Assembly (NCBI RefSeq): GCF_032444005.1
Contig: NC_091285.1
Coordinates: 12,834,001 to 12,873,827, forward strand
Length of the DNA: 39,827 nt
Reading direction: 5' to 3'
DNA from: Ranitomeya imitator
Taxonomy: Eukaryota
Under the pieces are notes generated by a model, which saw only the letters and a program-made list of their open reading frames with translations, made no database searches and was not told the origin of the DNA. A program made the translations under genes and the position numbers. Position 1 is the stretch's first letter. Every line of letters begins with the position of its first letter. Positions 11,717 through 23,819 of this stretch are shown piece after piece.

Positions 11717-14700
11717 GTGATGGCCCGGAGGTGTATACGGTATATAGTGCAGTAGTGGTGGCCCGGAGGTGTATACGGTATATACCGCAGTAGTGGTGGC
11801 CCGGAGGTGTATACGGTATATACCGCAGTAGTGATGGCCCGGAGGTGTATACGGTATATAGTGCAGTAGTGATGGCCCGGAGGTGTATACGGTATATAGT
11901 GCAGTAGTGGTGGCCCGGAGGTGTATACGGTATATACCGCAGTAGTGGTGGCCCGGAGGTGTATACGGTATATACCGCAGTAGTGATGGCCCGGAGGTGT
12001 ATACGGTATATACTGCAGTAGTGGTGGCCCGGAGGTGTATACGGTATATAGTGCAGTAGTGGTGGCCCGGAGGTGTATATGATATATACCGCAGTAGTGA
12101 TGGCCCGGGGGTGTATACGGTATATACCGCAGTAGTGGTGGCCCGGAGGTGTATACGGTATATAGTGCAGTAGTGGTGGCCCGGAGGTGTATACGGTATA
12201 TACCGCAGTAGTGGTGGCCCGGAGGTGTATACGGTATATAGTGTAGTAGTGATGGCCCGGAGGTGTATACGGTATATAGTGCAGTAGTGGTGGCCCGGAG
12301 GTGTATACGGTATATAGTGCAGTAGTGGTGGCCCGGAGGTGTATACGGTATATAGTGCAGTAGTGGTGGCCCGGAGGTGTATACGGTATATAGTGCAGTA
12401 GTGATGGCCCGGAGGTGTATACGGTATATAGTGCAGTAGTGGTGGCCCGGAGGTGTATACGGTATATACCGCAGTAGTGGTGGCCCGGAGGTGTATACGG
12501 TATATAGTGCAGTAGTGACGGCCCGGAGGTGTATACGGTATATACCGCAGTAGTGACGGCCCGGAGGTGTATACGGTATATAGTGCAGTAGTGGTGGCCC
12601 GGAGGTGTATACGATATATACCGTAGTAGTGACGGCCCGGAGGTGTATACGGTATATAGTGCAGTAGTGGTGGCCCGGAGGTGTATACGGTATATACCTC
12701 AGTAGTGGTGGCCCGGAGGTGTATACGGTATATACCGCAGTAGTGATGGCCCGGAGGTGTATACGGTATATACCGCAGTAGTGATGGCCCGGAGGTGTAT
12801 ACGATATATAGTGCAGTAGTGGTGGCCCGGAGGTGTATACGGTATATAGTGCAGTAGTGGTGGCCCGGAGGTGTATACGGTATATAGTGCAGTAGTGATG
12901 GCCCGGAGGTGTATACGGTATATAGTGCAGTAGTGGTGGCCCGGAGGTGTATACGGTATATACCGCAGTAGTGGTGGCCCGGAGGTGTATACGGTATATA
13001 GTGCAGTAGTGATGGCCCGGAGGTGTATACGATATATACCTCAGTAGTGGTGGCCCGGAGGTGTATACGGTATATACAGCAGTAGTGGTGGCCCGGAGGT
13101 GTATACGGTATATACCGCAGTAGTGGTGGCCCGGAGGTGTATACGGTATATAGTGCAGTAGTGATGGCCCGGAGGTGTATACGGTATATACCGCAGTAGT
13201 GACGGCCCGGAGGTGTATACGGTATATAGTGCAGTAGTGGTGGCCCGGAGGTGTATACGATATATACCGTAGTAGTGACGGCCCGGAGGTGTATACGGTA
13301 TATAGTGCAGTAGTGGTGGCCCGGAGGTGTATACGATATATACCGTAGTAGTGACGGCCCGGAGGTGTATACGGTATATAGTGCAGTAGTGGTGGCCCGG
13401 AGGTGTATACGGTATATACCTCAGTAGTGGTGGCCCGGAGGTGTATACGGTATATACCTCAGTAGTGATGGCCCGGAGGTGTATACGGTATATACCGCAG
13501 TAGTGACGGCCCGGAGGTGTATACGGTATATAGTGCAGTAGTGGTGGCCCGGAGGTGTATACGATATATACCGTAGTAGTGACGGCCCGGAGGTGTATAC
13601 GGTATATAGTGCAGTAGTGGTGGCCCGGAGGTGTATACGGTATATACCTCAGTAGTGGTGGCCCGGAGGTGTATACGGTATATACCGCAGTAGTGATGGC
13701 CCGGAGGTGTATACGGTATATACCGCAGTAGTGATGGCCCGGAGGTGTATACGATATATAGTGCAGTAGTGGTGGCCCGGAGGTGTATACGGTATATAGT
13801 GCAGTAGTGGTGGCCCGGAGGTGTATACGGTATATAGTGCAGTAGTGATGGCCCGGAGGTGTATACGGTATATAGTGCAGTAGTGGTGGCCCGGAGGTGT
13901 ATACGGTATATACCGCAGTAGTGGTGGCCCGGAGGTGTATACGGTATATACCGCAGTAGTGATGGCCCGGAGGTGTATACGGTATATACTGCAGTAGTGG
14001 TGGCCCGGAGGTGTATACGGTATATAGTGCAGTAGTGGTGGCCCGGAGGTGTATATGATATATACCGCAGTAGTGATGGCCCGGGGGTGTATACGGTATA
14101 TACCGCAGTAGTGGTGGCCCGGAGGTGTATACGGTATATAGTGCAGTAGTGGTGGCCCGGAGGTGTATACGGTATATACCGCAGTAGTGGTGGCCCGGAG
14201 GTGTATACGGTATATAGTGTAGTAGTGATGGCCCGGAGGTGTATACGGTATATAGTGCAGTAGTGGTGGCCCGGAGGTGTATACGGTATATAGTGCAGTA
14301 GTGGTGGCCCGGAGGTGTATACGGTATATAGTGCAGTAGTGGTGGCCCGGAGGTGTATACGGTATATAGTGCAGTAGTGATGGCCCGGAGGTGTATACGG
14401 TATATAGTGCAGTAGTGGTGGCCCGGAGGTGTATACGGTATATACCGCAGTAGTGGTGGCCCGGAGGTGTATACGGTATATAGTGCAGTAGTGATGGCCC
14501 GGAGGTGTATACGGTATATACCGCAGTAGTGACGGCCCGGAGGTGTATACGGTATATAGTGCAGTAGTGGTGGCCCGGAGGTGTATACGATATATACCGT
14601 AGTAGTGACGGCCCGGAGGTGTATACGGTATATAGTGCAGTAGTGGTGGCCCGGAGGTGTATACGGTATATACCTCAGTAGTGGTGGCCCGGAGGTGTAT

Positions 14701-15918
14701 ACGGTATATACCGCAGTAGTGATGGCCCGGAGGTGTATACGGTATATACCGCAGTAGTGATGGCCCGGAGGTGTATACGATATATAGTGCAGTAGTGGTG
14801 GCCCGGAGGTGTATACGGTATATAGTGCAGTAGTGGTGGCCCGGAGGTGTATACGGTATATAGTGCAGTAGTGATGGCCCGGAGGTGTATACGGTATATA
14901 GTGCAGTAGTGGTGGCCCGGAGGTGTATACGGTATATACCGCAGTAGTGGTGGCCCGGAGGTGTATACGGTATATAGTGCAGTAGTGATGGCCCGGAGGT
15001 GTATACGGTATATACCGCAGTAGTGACGGCCCGGAGGTGTATACGGTATATAGTGCAGTAGTGGTGGCCCGGAGGTGTATACGATATATACCGTAGTAGT
15101 GACGGCCCGGAGGTGTATACGGTATATAGTGCAGTAGTGGTGGCCCGGAGGTGTATACGATATATACCGCAGTAGTGGTGGCCCGGAGGTGTATACGGTA
15201 TATACCGCAGTAGTGATGGCCCGGAGGTGTATACGGTATATACAGCAGTAGTGGTGGCCCGGAGGTGTATACGGTATATAGTGCAGTAGTGGTGGCCCGG
15301 AGGTGTATACGGTATATACCGCAGTAGTGGTGGCCCGGAGGTGTATACGGTATATAGTGCAGTAGTGATGGCCCGGAGGTGTATACGGTATATACCGCAG
15401 TAGTGGTGGCCCGGAGGTGTATACGGTATATAGTGCAGTAGTGATGGCCCGGAGGTGTATACGGTATATAGTGCAGTAGTGGTGGCCCGGGGGTGTATAC
15501 GGTATATACCGCAGTAGTGATGGCCCGGAGGTGTATACGGTATATAGTGCAGTAGTGGTGGCCCGGAGGTGTATACGGTATATACCGCAGTAGTGATGGC
15601 CCGGGGGTGTATACGATATATACCGCAGTAGTGGTGGCCCGGAGGTGTATACGGTATATAGTGCAGTAGTGGTGGCCCGGAGGTGTATACGGTATATAGT
15701 GCAGTAGTGGTGGCCCGGAGGTGTATACGGTATATACCGTAGTAGTGATGGCCCGGAGGTGTATACGGTATATACCGTAGTAGTGATGGCCCGGAGGTGT
15801 ATACGGTATATAGTGCAGTAGTGATGGCCCGGAGGTGTATACGGTATATACCGCAGTAGTGATGGCCCGGAGGTGTATACGGTATATACCTCAGTAGTGG
15901 TGGCCCGGAGGTGTATAC
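11717..15918. repeat. 38-bp minisatellite, about 110 copies, with higher-order duplication
   Basis: Unit GGCCCGGAGGTGTATACGGTATATA(GT/CC)GCAGTAGTG(G/A)T. Confidence 0.97.
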
Positions 15919-16408
15919 AGTCAGTGATTACACAGGGCGGTCGGAGTCACGGTGCAGGTATGTGAGGCCGCGTCACGATTACGGTACCAGGTGTACACAC
16001 TGTGCCGCCACGTGGGGCATGAATACCTCCATCCTGCGTCACGCACTGATGTGATTGGCGGGGGAGGTGGTGAACGGCTTGCAGTCAGCAGGGTGTGTGG
16101 CCCTTTAAATAGTAGACATGTTATATAGTGAGCATTAGCCCCTAACCTGCAGTGTGACACCACAAGTCCCAGCATGCCCTCAGTATACACACACACTGGG
16201 GGTCCTGCAGAAAGAGGCCCGTTATATCCCCATTGTTAATACCCCTGCTTGCTGTCAGTCACTGGTCACCTTCCCTCTCACAGCTGCTCCTTTGTTACAC
16301 TGTGTCAGGGAGTAAAAATGTAAACAAACAATAAAGTGTCCGCAGTCAGTGACAGGAAGCAGAGGAGCCGACAGCCGAGCCCTGAGCGGACTATTCCGGC
16401 GCACGTAC

Positions 16409-16560
16409 CTGCTCTGTGATCTCTCCGCACTGACGTCCTCTCTCGCCGCTCGCCAGACCCCGCACTGAGCGCTGCCCGCCTCCTCCGGCCGCTCCAGTCA
16501 CCGCCTCTCGCGAGAACTGCGCACCTGTCCCGATGTCCCCGCCCCCTGGTCACACCCACA
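16409..16560 (-). promoter_or_regulatory. STK38L: Probable STK38L non-coding exon 1 and CpG-rich promoter
   Basis: GC/CpG-rich patch with a strong minus-strand donor GCAG|GTACGT (exon ends at 16409), a GC box CCCCGCCCCC near 16537 and TGACGTC near 16429. The first coding exon starts with an acceptor, so an upstream exon is required. The TSS is inferred. Confidence 0.6.
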
Positions 16561-17030
16561 AGGCTTACCGTAAGAACACGCCCCTTTTCCATCTCTTCAG
16601 TCTTGGCACTAGAGGACGAACAGCCTTCATCACTGAATCTCAGTGGCGTCCATTTTTTTGTAGCCTTTTCTCGTTTAACGACATAGGAGGTCAGCACAAA
16701 AATGGACTCCGTACTGGAGACAATATATATCTTTGCTTTTTTCAATAGAGTTGAGGTGACGTCGTGTCGATTGTTATTTTAAAATCCTCAGCAGGTGCGT
16801 ATTCAAAAGCCGAGCAACTTTATTGAATGTGAAGTTTACATTGGCCTGATAAGTAGCCAAGCAATGTGAGGCCTCAGTGGTCACCAGTGGGATTTTATTG
16901 TGTGTCTATGTGGCCAGAGCGACACATCGTAAGACCCTTAAATGAAAGGCCCTTCAGTGTAAATAAAAAATGTGAAGAACGGATTTTTAATCTCTTTCTT
17001 CCAGGCTGAGCTATATTCATTTGGAGTCAT

Positions 17031-17188
17031 AGGCCTGAAGCCTTAGTCTGCACTACTGCAGTGTTGTCATGGAGACCGTGTGTTTATCTGTATCACTGAT
17101 GTCAGAATTTGAAGCCAAAGTCTCCATGACAACGCTGCAGCACCGAGGAGTTGCAGGCCTCAGTAGTGCAGCCTCAGGCTTCAGGCCT
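17031..17188. mobile_element. Nested-hairpin MITE-like element
   Basis: Outer arms AGGCCTGAAGCCTTAGTCTGCACTACTG and CAGTAGTGCAGCCTCAGGCTTCAGGCCT (28 bp, 2 mismatches). Inner arms TGCAGTGTTGTCATGGAGAC and GTCTCCATGACAACGCTGCA. Confidence 0.6.
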
Positions 17189-17465
17189 TAGCGTGCAGTC
17201 ACTGTCTCTCAGATTAGAAGTGAGAGATTTGGGAATGGTTTCGCCAGTGTTACTATAGAGGGGTAAATCTGAAGAATGATGAGGGGATCCGGAACCGCCA
17301 TGTCATACACAATGTGCAGGAGATGCCAGGTAGAAGGGAGACACCACCCTGCGGAGCCGTCACCTCTCACCCACATACTCGTCTGCACTTCCATCCTCCC
17401 CTGGTGCAGGTGCAGACATTGTACGGACTGGGGAAAAGTGCAGGAAAAGAACTTATCTGTATGTA

Positions 17466-20177
17466 TGGTCCGCGGTCTGTATATAAGGAGCGGTCTGGGG
17501 TTTATCTACAAGGAGCAGTCTAGTCTGATGTCTTTATACAGTAGGGGTCTGGTCTGGGGTCTGTATAAAGCAGGGGTCTGGTCTGGAATCTGTATACAAT
17601 GAGTGCACTGGTCTGAGGTCTTTATACAGGAGTGGCCTTGGGTTTGTATACAAGGGGCGGTCTGGTCCGGGGTTTATCTACAAGGATCGGTCTGGTCTTG
17701 TCTGTATACAGGAGGGGACTGGTCTGAGGTCTGTATACAGGAAGCATCCAGTCTGGAGTCTGTATACAAGGAACGGTCGGGTCTGAATACAGGAGGGGTC
17801 TGGTCTGGAGGTTGGTATACAGGAGGTGTCTGGTCAGGAGTCTGTGTTCACGAGGGGTCTGGTCTGGGGTCTGTATATATGGGGTCTGTTTACAGCGGGG
17901 TCTGGTCTGGGGTTAGCATACAGGAGGGGTCTCATCTAGGGTCTGTATACATGGAGTCTGATCTGGGGTTTGTATACAAGGAGCGACCTGGTCTGGGATT
18001 TGTATACAAGGAGTGGTCTGATCTGTGGTCTGTATATATGGTTTCTGGTCTGGGGTCTGTATACAGGAGAGGTCTGGTGTCAGTATACGAGGGGTCTGCA
18101 TTTATGGGGTCTATATACAGGAGGTGTGTCTGGTCTGGGGTTTGTATACAGGAGGGGTCTGGTTTGGAGTCGGTATATGGGGGGTTTGGTCTAGGGTCTG
18201 TATATATGGGGCCTGGTCTGGAGTCTATATACAGGAGGCGTCTGGTCTGGGGTTTGTATACAGGAGGCGTCTGGTCTGGGGTTTGTATACAGGAGGGGTC
18301 TGGTTTGGAGTCGGTATATGGGCGGTTTGGTCTAGGGTCTGTATATATGGGGCCTGGTCTGGAGTCTATATACAGGAGGCGTCTGGTCTGGGGTTTGTAT
18401 ACAGGAGGCGTCTGGTCTGGGGTTTGTATACAGGAGGGGTCTGGTTTGGAGTCGGTATATGGGGGGTTTGGTCTAGGGTCTGTATATATGGGGCCTGGTC
18501 TGGAGTCTATATACAGGAGGCGTCTGGTCTGGGGTTTGTATACAGGAGGCGTCTGGTCTGGGGTTTGTATACAGGAGGGGTCTGGTTTGGAGTTTGTATA
18601 CAAGTAGCAGTCTAGTGTGGGGTTTGTATATAAGGAGCGGTCTGGTATGGAGTCTGAATTCAAGAGGGGTCTGGTCTGGGATCTGTATACAGAAAGGGTC
18701 TGGTCTGAATACAGGTGTATTTGGTCTTCAATCTTTATACGGGGGAAGGCTGTATATAGGGAGTCTGGTCTGGGGTTGTACACAGAGGGGGTTTGTTCTA
18801 GGGTCTACGTACAAGAGAGGTCTGTATTCAAAGCGTCTTTTGTCTGTATGCAGGAGGTGCCCTGGACTGTGGTCTGTGTACAGATGGATCTGGTGTGCGG
18901 TCTTTATAAAAGGGAAGTTTATATATAATGAGTCTGGTCTGGGGTCTGTATAAAAGAGGGGTCTGAGGTCTTTTTTTTACTGTGAGGTGCCTGGAGTCTA
19001 ATACACTGCCATGTGTTATCTAGGGTTTGTATACAGGAGGGGTCTGGTCTGGGGTTGTATAGAGGAGGTGTCTGGTCTGGGATTTGTATATAGGAGGGGT
19101 CTGGTCTGGGATTTGCATATAGGAGGCGTCTGGTCTGGAGTCTGTATACAGGAGGCATCTGGTCTGAGCTCTGTAATATAAGGGTCTGGGGTCTATATAC
19201 AGGAGGGGTCTGATATGGGGTCTGTATACATGTGGCCCTGGTCTGGGGTCTGTATACAGGAGGGGTTTGGTCTGTCTGGGCTTTGTATACAGGAGGGGTC
19301 TGGTCTGTTTGCATACAGGATGGGTCTGTTTTGGAGTCTGTATACAGGAGCGGTCTGGTGTGGAGTCTGTATACAAGAGGGTCTGGAATCTATACAAGAG
19401 GGGTCTGGCCTGGAGTCTGTATACATGGAGGTCTGATCTGGGGTCTGTATACATGGAGATTTGGTCTGGGATCTGTATATATTAAGGGGGCTAGTCTGGG
19501 GTCTGTATACATGGAGGTCTGATCTGGGGTCTGTATACATGGGGATTTGGTCTGGGGTCTGTATATATTTAGGGGGCTGGTCTGGGGTCTGTATACATGG
19601 AGGTCTGATCTGGGGTCTGTATACATGGGGATTTGGTCTGGGGTCTGTATATATTTAGGGGGCTAGTCTGGGGTCTGTATACATGGAGATTTGGTCTGGG
19701 GTCTGTATATACTGTATTTAAGGGTCTAGTCTGGGGTCTGTATACATGGAGGTCTGATCTGGGGTCTGTATACATGGGGATTTGGTCTGGGGTCTGTATA
19801 TATTTAGGGGGCTGGTCTGGGGTCTGTATACATGGAGGTCTGATCTGGGGTCTGTATACATGGGGATTTGGTCTGGGGTCTGTATATATTTAGGGGGCTG
19901 GTCTGGGGTCTGTATACATGGAGATTTGGTCTGGGGTCTGTATATACTGTATTTAAGGGTCTAGTCTGGGGTCTGTATACATGGAGGTCTGATCTGGGGT
20001 CTGTATACATGGGGATTTGGTCTGGGGTCTGTATATATTTAGGGGGCTGGTCTGAGGTCTGTATACATGAGATCTGATCTGGGGTCTGTATACATGGAGA
20101 TCTGATCTGGGGTCTGTATATATTTAGGGGGCTGGTCTGGGGTCTGTATATATTTAGGGGGCTGGTCTGGGGTCTGT
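17466..20177. repeat. Degenerate roughly 28-30-bp tandem repeat with 141-bp and 86-bp higher-order blocks
   Basis: Core GGTCTGGTCTGGGGTCTGTATACAGGAG. A 141-bp period is seen at 18151/18292/18433 and an 86-bp period at 19501/19587. Confidence 0.9.
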
Positions 20178-20665
20178 GCACAGATTGACATGAGATAATA
20201 GATACTAGATGGATATGTATTTGGTCGGCCATCATGTGACGGCTCGCTCTCCAGTCGCCCCCGGTTCCCGGCGCAGTCATGCCTTCCAGGCTTGAGGTTG
20301 CATTCTTCTTATATGCAGATATTTGGGTCATTTTGCCCCTAGCGCCCCCCGCAGGGCAGACACTTTCTCGCTCGGTCACATACTTTTATCCATAACTGCC
20401 TCCACATCGGTCTCGTCACATTTTTAAGAGCTTAAGACGCAAGTGGCGCCCATTAACCCCTTCAGACCAGTTTGTCTGGTTCTCAGCGCCTAGTGCCAGT
20501 CAGGATCCCTGTGAGGCCACGTTCACACATTCAGTATTTGATCAGTATTCTAACATGGCCGCCGTTGCCTCACAGATCAGTTATTTCACACCCGCCTCCA
20601 TTATGGGGTGAAAAACATCTGGTCTGCGAGGTAACGGCGGCCATATTGTTGTCACCCAGCTTTCT

Positions 20666-20803
20666 GGAGGCAGATTTATCAAAACTAGCAACTAGCAACC
20701 AATCACAGAGCAGCTTCCATTTCAGAATACTTGTTTGAAAAATGAAATCTGCGCTGTGATTGGTTGCTAGGGAGTAACCAGGACAGATTTGATAAATGAG
20801 GCC
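20666..20803. mobile_element. Small hairpin MITE of the same family as the 35.8/36.3 kb hairpins
   Basis: Outer arms ATTTATCAAA and TTTGATAAAT; inner arms TAGCAACCAATCACAG and CTGTGATTGGTTGCTA. Confidence 0.55.
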
Positions 20804-21236
20804 TAGTGAGGCTTTCTGCGCTGTGTGTACAGGGCTCGGCCTTGTTCTCAGCACTCAGCAATAAAAAAACATATTAAACTTCACTACATTACACTGTCAG
20901 ACATGAGACCGCCCAGAGCTGTCCATGCTGCCACCCCCACGTAGTGTGTAAACACAGCGCCGCCCTGCTGGGCACACCACCCTCCCCAAAATCACAGACA
21001 ACCCCATCATCAGGATTCCTGGCGCCCCGCACGCTCCAGCTTCATTATCAATGTGTCACATTTCAGAGACAATAATAATTAAGCGTGGCTCATCACATAA
21101 ACCGTGTGCGAGAGCCGAGGAGTCATCATGGCGTGAAGTAACCGCACCTGACTAACGAGCGCCGAGAAAATAATCATTACTGACTAATGTGCCTATCTCG
21201 GTTACGGCAGGACGGCGAATCCTTCAGACAAGTTTT

Positions 21237-21855
21237 CCCAAAAGAAAAAAATAAAATAAAAGAAACAGAATAAAAAAAAACAAAACATAAAACCCATAAA
21301 AAAAAGATTAAAAAAAACAGAATAAAAAAACAGAATAAAATAAAAAACAAACAGAATATAAAAACTGAGCTAAAATAAAAAAACAAAACAAATAAAACAG
21401 AATAAAAGAAGAAAAAAAAAATAGAATATAAAAAACAGAATAAAAAAACAGAATAAAATAAAAAACAAACAGAATATAAAAACTGAACTAAAATAAAAAA
21501 CAAAATAAATAAAACAGAATAAAAGAATAAAATAAAATAAAAAATAGAATATAAAAAACAGAATAAAAAATACAGAATAAAATAAAAAATAAAATAAGAT
21601 TAAAAAAAACAGAATAAAATTTAAAAAAATATTAGAATAGAAAAAAATAGAATCTTTCAGACAAGTGTTCCCAAAATTATTAGAAAACCTAGACAACGAA
21701 AAAAGTAAATAAAAAACAGAAAATAAATAAAACAGAATAAAAAAGACAATACAAATAAAATAAAAAAGAATAAAAAATAGAATATAAAGACAATAACACA
21801 AAAAATAGAATATGAAAAAATAGAAAAAAAAATAGGAAAAAAATAAATAAATAAA
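21237..21855. repeat. A-rich low-complexity tract (AAAACAGAATAAAA motifs) with internal duplications
   Basis: Almost no C or G on the plus strand. The tract is introduced twice by TTCAGACAAGT(T/G)TTCCCAAAA (about 21223 and 21657). Confidence 0.85.
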
Positions 21856-22226
21856 TGGCGACCACAGTAGTTGTCACCCTGCTTTGACAGCAATAAAATA
21901 GCTAACTGGATTTTTTCCAACAACTTCACAGACAAGGACCAGGACAGGACTAGGCCTGCAGCGGCGTTTGGACTGGTAATCATGGCGGCTCCGTTGCCGC
22001 CTCTTCCTGTCTGCGCTGAGGTTACCGCATCAGATGTCGTGGTCAGAACCGCTCAGTGATAAACTAGTGGACGCTTCTGACTCCTCTGACGTCTCCGAGG
22101 GAAAAAGGAGGCATCACGGGACTTTGGCGCCAAGCTAAGATGGCTGCTCCTGCTGCGTCACCTGACCCACTCTAGGAATTGGGGAAAGTTGTCACCAGCT
22201 GTTCGAAAGAAGCAATTTTGAAAAGT

Positions 22227-22568
22227 GTCTCCATGGTTACAGACTACAAACAACGTCAGTGTAGTCAGATCCTGCAGTCATGTGTTATCCTTTTTTATCC
22301 GCCTCCTAAGATAACGAAACGGAACAGCCGCATATGTGTCTCCATGGTGACAGACTACAAACAACCCCGATGCAGTCGCGCTTTAATCCCCTTTTCTCGG
22401 CTTCCTGGTTTAAAAAAAAAAAATAAGGGGCTTCCATGCGTATCCATGGTTACAGACTACAATCTACCTCCGTGTAGTCTGGTCCTGAAGTCGTGTGTTA
22501 TCCCCCTTCGTCTGACTTCAGAATCTGATTACAAGGCCATTGTTTGTAGTCTGTACCTATAGAGACAC
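22227..22568. repeat. Three direct and one inverted copy of a GTCTCCATGGTTACAGACTACAAAC motif, probably a DNA-transposon remnant
   Basis: Direct copies at 22227, 22338 and 22440; inverted copy at 22541-22568. Confidence 0.55.
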
Positions 22569-23111
22569 ATAGGAGCTGTATACACAAAACGGGAAGTTAT
22601 TTGTAAGAAATTTTTTTTTAATTCTCAATGTTTCCACAGAAGGCGGTAGATGTGGGAGAGTGACAGGAATGGAAATAGGATGCTTACTCTTAATAAATAA
22701 TACCGTAAAATGGTCATAAAGCATCCAAATAATCCCGCCATACAAGGCCCACACAATGCTGATAGGCAACACTCTAATCGTGCGATACCAAACCTAAATA
22801 ATAACACTAAACTTATTACACCAATACAGTGTCCGTAGAAAGCTGGGTGGAAGCTCTTAAAGGCGCAGTAACAGCACAAGTCAAACACAAGTTGTGGATT
22901 TCCAGGGTGTGTTCCTCTGCGAATCATGCAATTAGGACGACAGGAAAGGATTTTATGCTTTTAATGCAGATGAAAAAAAAAATCCAGCGGCAGCAGCAGC
23001 GCTCCACCCCAACATCCACGACGGACTGAATTCCTTTCCGATTATGTGACGTCTGTGTATATGGGGTAATTATAGCTCGCCCGGCCGCTCTCACACCGCA
23101 GGCAGGGAAAT

Positions 23112-23169
<58 letters not shown>
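23112..23169. repeat. (GT)n(AT)n compound microsatellite
   Basis: Read directly. Confidence 0.95.
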
Positions 23170-23174
<5 letters not shown>

Positions 23175-23819
23175 ATCATTTAAAGGGGTTATCTATAAAT
23201 AAAAACACAGCGCCCCCACCTGCCGGTAGGTTGTGGCTGACACTGCAGCCGAGCTTGGTTACAAGTCAATAGGACAGGGGTGAAATACCAGACATTGCCT
23301 GTGGACACGTGAGGCGCCGTTTTGGTCCCACACAATCCCTTTAATTAACAATTTTTTTCAAAAATGTCAACTATTATCTGAGGCAGAAGACAGCGGGATA
23401 TTTCGGCAGGGCGACCTCCCCCTCGGATCCCGCCCGCCATGTTACTCCACAATGACACCAGTGTTCCTGGACAGACCCCTTCATGTTCTTATGAAGCCCC
23501 TGCTAGAAATCCGCCATGTGCCCCCCCCTCACACCTTCTTAAAGGAGCCTTTGAGGATCATGACGTCTTTTCCTCCAGGCTAATAAATGGCTGTTAAATG
23601 ATCCAGACAGGGAGGGGAGAGGATTGTGGTGGGACACAGAGCGGCCCCTGTAGGAAAACCCACAAGATGAGAACACTTATTGTAACCGTGCAACGGGCTG
23701 TACACCGGGGGTCTGTACACCGGGGGTCTGTATACTGAGGGTCTCTACACCGAGGGGGTTGGGGAACGGAGACTTGACCCTGATGGTGCAGCAATTACAG
23801 CCAAAAAAGCTGAAACCAA

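Noticed and set aside
21177-21983. Phe/Ile/Leu-rich membrane-protein-like ORFs
   Set aside because: Translations of the T-rich strand of a low-complexity tract.
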